This document shows positions 1-6,906 of a DNA stretch of 32,846 nucleotides, piece after piece; position 1 is the first letter of the stretch; each line of letters begins with the position of its first letter. The notes under the pieces were generated by a model, which was not told where the DNA came from, searched no databases, and saw nothing but the letters and a program-made list of their open reading frames with translations. The stretch comes from Candidatus Woesearchaeota archaeon (GTDB lineage Archaea > Nanobdellota > Nanobdellia > Woesearchaeales > JAHJEM01). The position numbers were made by a program, and so were the translations under genes. The DNA is taken from NCBI GenBank assembly GCA_016929855.1, contig JAFGHY010000005.1, forward strand, positions 1-32,846. The letters are read 5' to 3'.

Positions 1-338
1 AGTTCGTGCGTGAGGCTTTTCATGAGAATTGTGTCTTCCTTAAGATAGGAAAGCTCTTCCTTCAATATTATAGTCTCTTCTTTCAAGAGTTTGGTTTCTT
101 CGATGTGGCTTTTCATGATGCTGCCTAGCTCCTCCTTGACGTCTTCCTCTGTCGCCAGCAGTATCACCATCACGAACAGGAGCAGCCACAGAAATACTGC
201 TTGTATGGCATCCCATGTCATATGGCCGTCCGCCTGGTACATCTGGTTTATGAAATGGATGCCTACCGCCATGATCCCGACGCCCACTATCAGCAGAACT
301 ATCTCAAAGAAATTGCTACGCCTCACCCTCTTTTCCAT
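1..338 (-). CDS. Hypothetical membrane protein, partial (runs off the window start); two hydrophobic segments then a coiled-coil-like tail
   Basis: Manually translated from ATG at 338: MEKRVRRSNFFEIVLLIVGVGIMAVGIHF...AVFLWLLLFVMVILLATEEDVKEELGSIMKSHIEETKLLKEE..., open to position 1. TTTATAAA TATA box at 361-368, ~25 nt upstream. Not in the ORF track. Confidence 0.8.
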   Translation of the reverse strand, partial: MEKRVRRSNFFEIVLLIVGVGIMAVGIHFINQMYQADGHMTWDAIQAVFLWLLLFVMVILLATEEDVKEELGSIMKSHIEETKLLKEETIILKEELSYLKEDTILMKSLTHE

Positions 339-402
339 GAGAATAAATTAAGGGAGGAGGTTTATAAAGTTTTTGATGAGTACAAGAATACTTTAAACTG
401 AA

Positions 403-513
403 AAATGCAACAACCTAGGCACAGACGGACACTCACAATGTTCGTGTAATGTTCGTGTCCTACGACCCACCCCGATTGGGGCATCTCCCGGGTCGTCTGA
501 CCATGTTGCATTT
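403..513 (-). ncRNA. Candidate structured non-coding element (three-way junction) upstream of cdc6
   Basis: Nested inverted repeats: aaatgcaaca(403-412)/tgttgcattt(504-513), cagac/gtctg, ggacac(427-432)/gtgtcc(455-460), acgaccc(462-468)/gggtcgt(490-496), cccc-gatt-gggg. Extra G-U pairs favour the minus strand. Confidence 0.4.
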
Positions 514-560
514 CCCAAGTAATTAACAAAACCCTCACACTGGCCATGCACGACCAAAAT

Positions 561-594
561 CCTTATAAAAACACTTCACCTCATTAAGCCTAGA
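561..594 (+). promoter_or_regulatory. TATA promoter of cdc6 (probably leaderless mRNA)
   Basis: CCTTATAAAA at 561-570, 24 nt before the ATG; no SD. Confidence 0.6.
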
Positions 595-1650
595 ATGGCG
601 TTGTTCAAGGACATTTTGGCTGCAGACCAGACCCTTATCAAGAACGAGTCTGCTTTGGAGTATGAGTTCGTCCCTAAAATCCTTCCACACAGGGAGAAGG
701 AACAGCAGTACCTAGCGACATGCATAAAACCTCTGCTCCAACAGAGGAACGGGCGCAACCTTCTGATACACGGTCCTCCGGGAATCGGCAAGACTGCCGC
801 GACAAAATGGGTTATCCGGGACTTGGAGGAAGAGACCGACGAACTCTACGTGATTTACATAAACTGCTGGCAGTACAACTCAACATACAAGATTGTCTGC
901 GAGATCTGCAACCAGATTGGCTACAAGTTCATCCAGAACAAGAAGACCACCGACCTTTATGATATTATAGCCAACATCATCAACAAGAATGCTGGAGTGT
1001 TCGTTTTCGACGAGGTAGATAAGGTCGAGGACTTTGACTTCCTTTACTTCCTGCTGGAGAAGATCTACAAGAAAACAATCTTCCTCATCACAAATTTCAA
1101 GTCCTGGCTTCTTGAGCTTGACGAGCGCATCAAGAGTCGTTTAACACCTGAACTAGTGGAGTTCAAGGCCTACAACCAATCAGAGGTGGACAGCATATTG
1201 AAGGAGAGGGTCGAGACCGCGTTCTTTGAGAAGGTCTGGAAGACCGAAGCGTTCAAGAAGATAAGCAAGAGGGCTGGCGAGATAGGCGACATAAGGAGCG
1301 GAATCTATCTGCTGAAGCAGTCTGCCTTGAGCGCAGAGGACCGCAGTAGCAAGACCATTGAAGTGGAGGATGCAGAATCTGCTTTGAAGAAGATTGATGA
1401 TTTCACCATTAAGAACTCTGCTGATCTTGAGGACGAGACAAAGTTCATCTTGAAGGTAGTGAAGGATAACAGCGGGAAAAAGATAGGCGACCTGTTCAAG
1501 CAGTACCAGAAGGAAGGAGGCAAGATGTCCTACAAGACTTTCCAGCGGAAATTGGCGCATCTGGACCAGAACAAATTCGTGACTCTGAAGAAGCAGACTG
1601 GCGCCGGCGGTAACACCACGATTGTGGAGAAGAAGCTGACTGATTTCTAG
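595..1650 (+). CDS. cdc6: Orc1/Cdc6 replication initiation protein
   Basis: N-terminal L.YEFVP..LPHREKE motif, Walker A GPPGIGKT, YINC, Walker B VFVFDEVD, L..RIKSRL, GDIR motif, C-terminal winged-helix-like region. Confidence 0.95.
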   Translation: MALFKDILAADQTLIKNESALEYEFVPKILPHREKEQQYLATCIKPLLQQRNGRNLLIHGPPGIGKTAATKWVIRDLEEETDELYVIYINCWQYNSTYKIVCEICNQIGYKFIQNKKTTDLYDIIANIINKNAGVFVFDEVDKVEDFDFLYFLLEKIYKKTIFLITNFKSWLLELDERIKSRLTPELVEFKAYNQSEVDSILKERVETAFFEKVWKTEAFKKISKRAGEIGDIRSGIYLLKQSALSAEDRSSKTIEVEDAESALKKIDDFTIKNSADLEDETKFILKVVKDNSGKKIGDLFKQYQKEGGKMSYKTFQRKLAHLDQNKFVTLKKQTGAGGNTTIVEKKLTDF

Positions 1651-1719
1651 AATATTCCTGTTTCGTGCTATTTTTCTGCTTGTTTAGCGTTTTTGTGCAC
1701 TGGACATTCTCGCGCAGCG

Positions 1720-1727
1720 TATATAAA
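1720..1727 (+). promoter_or_regulatory. TATA box upstream of the micro-ORF operon
   Basis: TATATAAA at 1720-1727, followed by a ~140-nt leader and an SD-led ORF. Confidence 0.45.
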
Positions 1728-1891
1728 CAGGATTGCACACTTATAATTTGTTGCCCCAACAACCTTGGTGAGACGCTCTCGGCTCATACTTAAAAAACAC
1801 ACCCCCAAACATCAAAAACCGTGAAAACACACAATTCATGCACACTAAATTCAAACAACCACAAAAAATGACTGCCAAGAGGTGATAGACA

Positions 1892-2038
1892 ATGCACAAC
1901 AACACAAAACACATTTCAGAAGTTTTTTTCCAGCAGATCAAACGGCTTTCGCTTAACAACACTTTCGATGTCCAGTTCAGCGATCTCTGGCTCCCCCAGA
2001 TGCCAGACTTGTTAAACAACAAGGAGGTGATAGCATGA
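1892..2038 (+). CDS. Small hypothetical protein, 48 aa (MHNNTKHISEVFFQQIKRLSLNNTFDVQFSDLWLPQMPDLLNNKEVIA)
   Basis: GAGGTGA SD just upstream of the ATG; stop overlaps the next start (ATGA). Confidence 0.55.
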   Translation: MHNNTKHISEVFFQQIKRLSLNNTFDVQFSDLWLPQMPDLLNNKEVIA

Positions 2039-2151
2039 TAACACTATATGACTTTTATGAGGAAGATGTTCTGGATGCTCTTGCCATGCATGACATCATA
2101 TATCCTGAGGAGAAGAAAGCATTCAGCAAGTACATGAGGTGGACCAAATGA
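2035..2151 (+). CDS. Small hypothetical protein, 38 aa (MITLYDFYEEDVLDALAMHDIIYPEEKKAFSKYMRWTK)
   Basis: GGAGGTGA SD; ATGA overlaps at both ends. Confidence 0.65.
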   Translation: MITLYDFYEEDVLDALAMHDIIYPEEKKAFSKYMRWTK

Positions 2152-2285
2152 GATTCAGGAAAAGAAAAAGTTATATCGAGTGGGAGTCTTATCAGGACCA
2201 TATCGCAAAGATTGATGAATTCTTGTGGCAGCAGGCCGTCAGGCAGGAGAACCTTCACAACCTGCCTTGTGCTGCAGAAGCATGA
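2148..2285 (+). CDS. Small hypothetical protein, 45 aa (MRFRKRKSYIEWESYQDHIAKIDEFLWQQAVRQENLHNLPCAAEA)
   Basis: GAGGTGG SD, ATGA overlap with the previous ORF; stop abuts the stop of the convergent phosphoesterase gene at 2286. Confidence 0.6.
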   Translation: MRFRKRKSYIEWESYQDHIAKIDEFLWQQAVRQENLHNLPCAAEA

Positions 2286-2891
2286 TCATATGTCGAATAC
2301 TTTGCCTCCAGCTCCCACGTTGATTACTTTTGTTCTTCCGATTTTTTCTTCCAGGCCTTCTGCCTCGTGCACGTGACTGCACAGCAGGATGTCTGGCTTG
2401 AACCTATCGACCGCTTTCTTCACTCCTGTGGAGCCCTTCACAAACATGGAAAGTTTTTCCATCTTTGTCTCGCTTGGGTGGACGTGTGTGACCATAATCC
2501 TTTTTTTCAGGTATTTTATCCTATCGAATCCCTGCTTGAGATTGTCGAATATCTCATTCTCAGACAAGGCCGTGAATGGCCCGCAGTTGGCCCCGCCGCA
2601 GCCGAATATGCCTACGTCATCGTATTTCACACTGTAGCCATGGATGTTCTTGATTCCATATAATGTAGCTAGGAAGTCTGCTGTGGCAAAGCTGTCGTGG
2701 TTGCCTGGGATGAACAGGACTTTCTTGCCTTTCTTGACAAAAGGGCCTATCATGTTATCGCTGGACTTGTCGAATTCTGTGATGTCACCGCATATTATGA
2801 CTAGGTCTACGTTCTCTTTCTCTGCTTTTTCTGCCAGTTTCTTCACAATTCCTGGATCTCCATGTAGGTCTCCTGCAGATAAGATTTTCAT
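2286..2891 (-). CDS. Calcineurin-like metallophosphoesterase
   Basis: Motifs GDLHG, GDIT, PGNHD, THVHP, SHVHE. Start moved to MKILSAGD (2891), which lies ~25 nt after a TTTATAAA box. Confidence 0.92.
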   Translation of the reverse strand: MKILSAGDLHGDPGIVKKLAEKAEKENVDLVIICGDITEFDKSSDNMIGPFVKKGKKVLFIPGNHDSFATADFLATLYGIKNIHGYSVKYDDVGIFGCGGANCGPFTALSENEIFDNLKQGFDRIKYLKKRIMVTHVHPSETKMEKLSMFVKGSTGVKKAVDRFKPDILLCSHVHEAEGLEEKIGRTKVINVGAGGKVFDI

Positions 2892-3140
2892 TGTATAGTC
2901 GAATAGACAATGGTTTATAAATCTTTCGCCATTCGTCACTAAGAAGTAGTTTATATTCAAACAGTGCAAAAAATTTTTGAAATTATGGCCTGCAATAATT
3001 GTGCAGACGACTAGTCTCATGCCAGGGTTTTACAGAACAAAAGCCAATCTGCCTGCATTTATTGTTGCAACCTTACGCTGCATAAATTCTTATTAACCTT
3101 TAGAAACCTTTATATATTACTGACTTCAGATGAAACTGTT

Positions 3141-3761
3141 ATGGTAAATATATTTACTCTTCTTAAAAGGCTGTTCAGAGGCAGAAAGAATCTCAAGCTG
3201 GGGCTTTACGGACCTCCTAATGGCGGTAAGACTACTTTGGCCAATAAAATCTGTGTGGATTGGATTGGCGAGGAGATGGGTGCTACCAGCAACATTGCTC
3301 ACGAGACACGTGAAGTGCAGATGAAGGAGTCTGTAATCATCAAGAGTAAGGGCAAGGAGCTTGTCTTCAACCTTGTGGACACTCCAGGCATAGCCACCAA
3401 GATTGACTATGAGGATTTCATCAAGCTTGGCATGAAGGAGAAGGAAGCTAAAACAAGGGCTAAGGAGGCTACAAAAGGTGTTATTGATGCCATTAAGTGG
3501 CTGGATGACATGGATGCTGTTGTGATTGTCCTGGATGCAACTAAAGACCCTTACAGTCAAGTCAACATTACTATCATTGGAAATCTGGAAGCTCGTAAGA
3601 TTCCTGTTTTGATTGTTGGGAACAAGATTGACTTGAAGAAGGCAGACCTCAAGAAGGTGCAGGCTGCGTTCCCGCAGTACAAGGTCATAGGCATTAGTGC
3701 CAAGATGGGCAAGAACATGGAAGACTTTTATGAAGCATTGTTTGAGGTGACTGACAAATGA
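3141..3761 (+). CDS. oapA: Era-like GTP-binding protein (archaeal OapA family)
   Basis: G1 GPPNGGKT, G3 DTPG, G4 NKID, G5 SA; HETR and ATKGVIDAIKWLD motifs; coupled to a DUF2073 gene. TATA TTTATATA at 3109-3116. Confidence 0.88.
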   Translation: MVNIFTLLKRLFRGRKNLKLGLYGPPNGGKTTLANKICVDWIGEEMGATSNIAHETREVQMKESVIIKSKGKELVFNLVDTPGIATKIDYEDFIKLGMKEKEAKTRAKEATKGVIDAIKWLDDMDAVVIVLDATKDPYSQVNITIIGNLEARKIPVLIVGNKIDLKKADLKKVQAAFPQYKVIGISAKMGKNMEDFYEALFEVTDK

Positions 3762-4150
3762 GCTTGACCTTGCAGTTCATACCTTACATTGAGATTGAGG
3801 ACTTGGACTCTGAGAAGAGGATTACTAAGTTGCTTAAGATTGTAAAAGCAAACAAGATTATTCTTTTGGAGGGTCGGCTTAAGGGCAATGAGGAGACAGA
3901 GCTCATCCGCCGTACAATGGAAGAGATTGATGACAAATTCAAAGGCATAGAACTTAGTGTCATATTTCCTGACAAGAAGGACGAGGCTTTGTTCAGGAAA
4001 CTGAAATCAATGCTCATCCAGGCTTTGATGGGCGACAGGAAAGGCTTCACAATCATCGGGCCTGCAACAATCGTTAAGGAAATCAAGCAGGATCCTGACA
4101 AGATACAATTGTTCACTGAGGACCTGAAGATTCCTAGGAAGAAGAGATAA
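3758..4150 (+). CDS. oapB: DUF2073 family protein (OapB)
   Basis: IILLEGRL...EETELIRRTMEEID..FKGIE and GFTIIGPATIVKEIK.DP motifs; ATGA overlap with the GTPase. Confidence 0.85.
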   Translation: MSLTLQFIPYIEIEDLDSEKRITKLLKIVKANKIILLEGRLKGNEETELIRRTMEEIDDKFKGIELSVIFPDKKDEALFRKLKSMLIQALMGDRKGFTIIGPATIVKEIKQDPDKIQLFTEDLKIPRKKR

Positions 4151-4196
4151 TTCTTTGTTGTTCTTGTAATCTAGTCCACAGGTAAATGCTTTCTTG

Positions 4197-4320
4197 TTGT
4201 AATTAGAACGGATTGCCTTTTCTCTTCGAGAAAAGGAATTATCAATCTACGCAGCCCAAAAACTGCTGGCAGATTTTTGGGCTGCCTATTGCTTTTGAAT
4301 CAGTTTTAACTGCTAGTAGT
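4197..4320. repeat. Dispersed two-hairpin element, copy 1
   Basis: ccttttctc-ttc-gagaaaagg and gcagcccaaaaa-ctgctggcaga-tttttgggctgc hairpins; near-identical core at 23132-23224. Confidence 0.9.
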
Positions 4321-4400
4321 TCAAATTCATTTCATGCGTGATTAAACTGAACCAACAACCTTTCGAAACCCTTATAAATCAGTTTTTCACCTCTTTTAGA

Positions 4401-4787
4401 ATGCCACACCAGTGCGTCAATTGCGGGACTTTGTACCAGGACGGTAGCAGTGAGATTCTCAAGGGCTGTTCCTGCGGCTGCAAGCTTTTCTTCTACATAA
4501 AGAAGGACAAACTGGCAGAGAATGAGAGGCCTTTCATCCTTACTAAGGAGCAGAAGCAGCAGATCGAGGAGGACGTGTATGACATCATTGGCGGGGAGAT
4601 TGACAGGGAAAAGCCTGTTGTACTGGATATTGAGAGTATCAACATCCTGAAGCCCGGCAAGTATGAGCTGGACCTGGTTAATCTGTTCAAGAAGAAACAG
4701 CCTTTGATTTACAAGCTGGATGATGGCAAGTACGTCATCGATATTATTGAGACGTTCAAGAAAGCCGGCGCAAAGGAAGCCAAGTGA
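4401..4787 (+). CDS. oapC: Zn-ribbon protein (DUF2072 / OapC family)
   Basis: MPHQCVNCG...ILKGCSCGCKLFFY and ESINILKPGKYELDL motifs. Start moved to 4401, behind a TATA box at 4370-4378. Confidence 0.85.
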   Translation: MPHQCVNCGTLYQDGSSEILKGCSCGCKLFFYIKKDKLAENERPFILTKEQKQQIEEDVYDIIGGEIDREKPVVLDIESINILKPGKYELDLVNLFKKKQPLIYKLDDGKYVIDIIETFKKAGAKEAK

Positions 4788-4793
4788 TTTCTA

Positions 4794-5564
4794 ATGATGC
4801 TAGTTGACTGCCACGCGCACCTGGATTTCGAGGAGTTCGAGAAAGACTTTCCAGGTTTTATCAGACGCCAGGAAGAATCCGGAGTCAAGGCGATCATCGC
4901 AAACGGAGTTAATCCTGAGAGTAACAAGAAAGTCCTCGTCCTGGCAGAACAATACAAGATTATCAAGCCAGCACTTGGAGCTTACCCTACTGACATGTTG
5001 AAGCTGAACTCTCAAGAATATCCTGGTGCCTTGAAATTCATAGAGAAGAACAAGGACAAAATTGTCGCGATTGGAGAGGTTGGATTAGATTTTTCTGAAC
5101 AAACTTCTGACAATGACATCAACAAATCAATACAAATATTCAGAGACATACTACGACTAGTAAAAAAGATTGGCAAACCAGTGATAATACACTCGCGCAA
5201 AGCCGAAGAGAAAGTCTTTGAAATCCTTGAGCATGAACGAATGGATGAAACAAAGAAGGTAGTATTGCATTGTTTTTGCGGAAAGAAGAAGCTCGTTCGG
5301 CTCGGCAAGGAGAGAGGCTATTACTTCACCGTTCCCACAAATATCGGGCGCAACCAGCAGACGCGAATGATTGCTGAAATCATTCCTCTGTCTCACGTGC
5401 TGACAGAAACTGACAGCCCATACCTGCATCCTGACAAGACAAAGTTCCCTAATGAGCCAAGAAATGTTGCCGTGACCATCAAGGAGCTTGCCATTATCAA
5501 GAAAATGGACGCTGAAGAAGTGTCGCAGAATGTGTTCATGAATTATCAGAGACTGTTTCTTTAA
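4794..5564 (+). CDS. tatD: TatD family deoxyribonuclease
   Basis: DCHAHLD, IGEVGLD, IHSRKAE, LHCF, ETDSPY, NEP motifs. Confidence 0.95.
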   Translation: MMLVDCHAHLDFEEFEKDFPGFIRRQEESGVKAIIANGVNPESNKKVLVLAEQYKIIKPALGAYPTDMLKLNSQEYPGALKFIEKNKDKIVAIGEVGLDFSEQTSDNDINKSIQIFRDILRLVKKIGKPVIIHSRKAEEKVFEILEHERMDETKKVVLHCFCGKKKLVRLGKERGYYFTVPTNIGRNQQTRMIAEIIPLSHVLTETDSPYLHPDKTKFPNEPRNVAVTIKELAIIKKMDAEEVSQNVFMNYQRLFL

Positions 5565-5619
5565 TTCGCCAATACCTTTAAATATTAGGCTTTTCAGAGA
5601 GTAATTCAGGTGTGGTATT

Positions 5620-5868
5620 ATGGAGATAAAGATTGACACGAGCAAGGATTCCAAAGATGACATTAGAAAAATGATAAGATTCCTTCAGCAGTTCATTAAG
5701 GTGCCTGAAAACTCCGGTGGTGCTGTAGAGCAAGAGCCCGAACTTAGTGCTGGCGTGTTCAGCATGTTCAATGACAAGCCAAGCAGTAGCAACTCTGCAC
5801 CCGACCCGTTTGAAACCAGTCAGGAAAATAAAGAAGATGACAGACCGCCCAAGATAGAATTTTTTTAA
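5620..5868 (+). CDS. Small hypothetical protein
   Basis: 82-aa ORF with AGGTG SD and an upstream TTTAAATA box; MEIKIDTSKDSKDDIRKMIRFL N-terminus and acidic disordered tail. Confidence 0.7.
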   Translation: MEIKIDTSKDSKDDIRKMIRFLQQFIKVPENSGGAVEQEPELSAGVFSMFNDKPSSSNSAPDPFETSQENKEDDRPPKIEFF

Positions 5869-5900
5869 GTATCAGCTAATAGTATTCAGTTAGAGGAAAG

Positions 5901-6389
5901 GTGAGCATGAATCCGTTAGAAGTTGAGATTGATGAGATAAAGAGGGACATCAAGTCTATCAAGCACGAGGTTGTTGAACACCTGCCGCCTCATTTTTCTG
6001 TGGTGGAGATGCTCAAGGCAGGCTTTGGTGCAATGTTTATCGGACTGACTTTCATGTTCAAAGACCTGCTCATTGAAGTTGGATTGAACCTTCCCGTGTA
6101 TAATGTCTTTCTTATTGTGGCATCGACCATACTCATACTCTCTGCTGAAATATATTATATTGGTTATGCTAAGGTGAAGAACAAGAGAGAACGTCCATTT
6201 GCTCAGTTCTACTTCAAGAGGCTGTTGACTCTGTATGGCATCTCTTTTATTGTATCATTTTACCTATGCTATATTTTTGGTTTCCTTCCCTTGGCCCAGA
6301 CATTCACTGGTTTCTTGAACCTGGTGCTGGTTCTCACAATGCCTTGTTCATTGGGCGCTGCAGTCAGTTTCATGTTCAAGAAAGACTGA
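5901..6389 (+). CDS. Membrane protein, DUF2391-like (about 4 TM)
   Basis: Four hydrophobic segments; resemblance to DUF2391 is from memory only. Confidence 0.6.
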   Translation: MSMNPLEVEIDEIKRDIKSIKHEVVEHLPPHFSVVEMLKAGFGAMFIGLTFMFKDLLIEVGLNLPVYNVFLIVASTILILSAEIYYIGYAKVKNKRERPFAQFYFKRLLTLYGISFIVSFYLCYIFGFLPLAQTFTGFLNLVLVLTMPCSLGAAVSFMFKKD

Positions 6390-6443
6390 ACACTGTGGAT
6401 TTCACACAATAACATTTAAAAGCCTTCTGGAGTCCCTAAGCCT

Positions 6444-6884
6444 ATGGAAAAGAGATTCAAATACCTAGAGCACACTGCAGACTCCAAATTCCAGGCTTTT
6501 GGAAAAACATTGGAGGAAGCCTTCGGCAACGCTGCCTTGGCTATGTTCAATGAAATTGTTGATATTAATACTGTCAGATGTGATGTGCAAAAAAGTATCG
6601 AAGTCATTGCAAAGAAAAAGACAACATTGCTTTACGAATTCCTCGAGAATCTGTTGTACCTTCTTGACACTGAAGGTTTTTTGCTCGGAAAAATATTATC
6701 GATCAGCATCAAATCGGACGAAGTGGAAGACCGGAGCCTGTCCTTGAATGCTGTCATTGCAGGAGACTCTGCAAGTGGGGGTTATGAAGTCATTGGAGCA
6801 ATAAAGTCAGTGACCTACTCTGATATGATTATTGATGAAAAGCACGAGAAAGGCGTGATGGTGCAGGTCTTGATAGATATTTGA
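6444..6884 (+). CDS. Archease
   Basis: FKYLEHTAD, GKTLEEAFGNAALAMF, IKSVTY and C-terminal IDI motifs; adjacent to rtcB. Confidence 0.95.
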   Translation: MEKRFKYLEHTADSKFQAFGKTLEEAFGNAALAMFNEIVDINTVRCDVQKSIEVIAKKKTTLLYEFLENLLYLLDTEGFLLGKILSISIKSDEVEDRSLSLNAVIAGDSASGGYEVIGAIKSVTYSDMIIDEKHEKGVMVQVLIDI

Positions 6885-6906
6885 ATTGAACTGTAGGGAC
6901 AATAAA

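Noticed and set aside
403-513. 5S rRNA, SRP RNA or tRNA identity for the structured element
   Set aside because: Similar size and branching to 5S, but lacks the CCAUCCCGAAC loop, the SRP helix-8 motif and a T-loop/cloverleaf.
91-547. ORF-track entries 91..351, 201..401 and 362..547
   Set aside because: Shadows of the minus-strand membrane gene or of the structured intergenic element; no motifs or initiation signals.
1540-1551. ORB-like TTCCAGCGGAAA
   Set aside because: Lies inside cdc6 coding sequence (FQRK), is single-copy and has no G-string.
1741-2258. Minus-strand ORFs 1741..2022 and 2055..2258
   Set aside because: Antisense to the SD-led coupled micro-ORFs; their composition reflects the A/C-rich tract.
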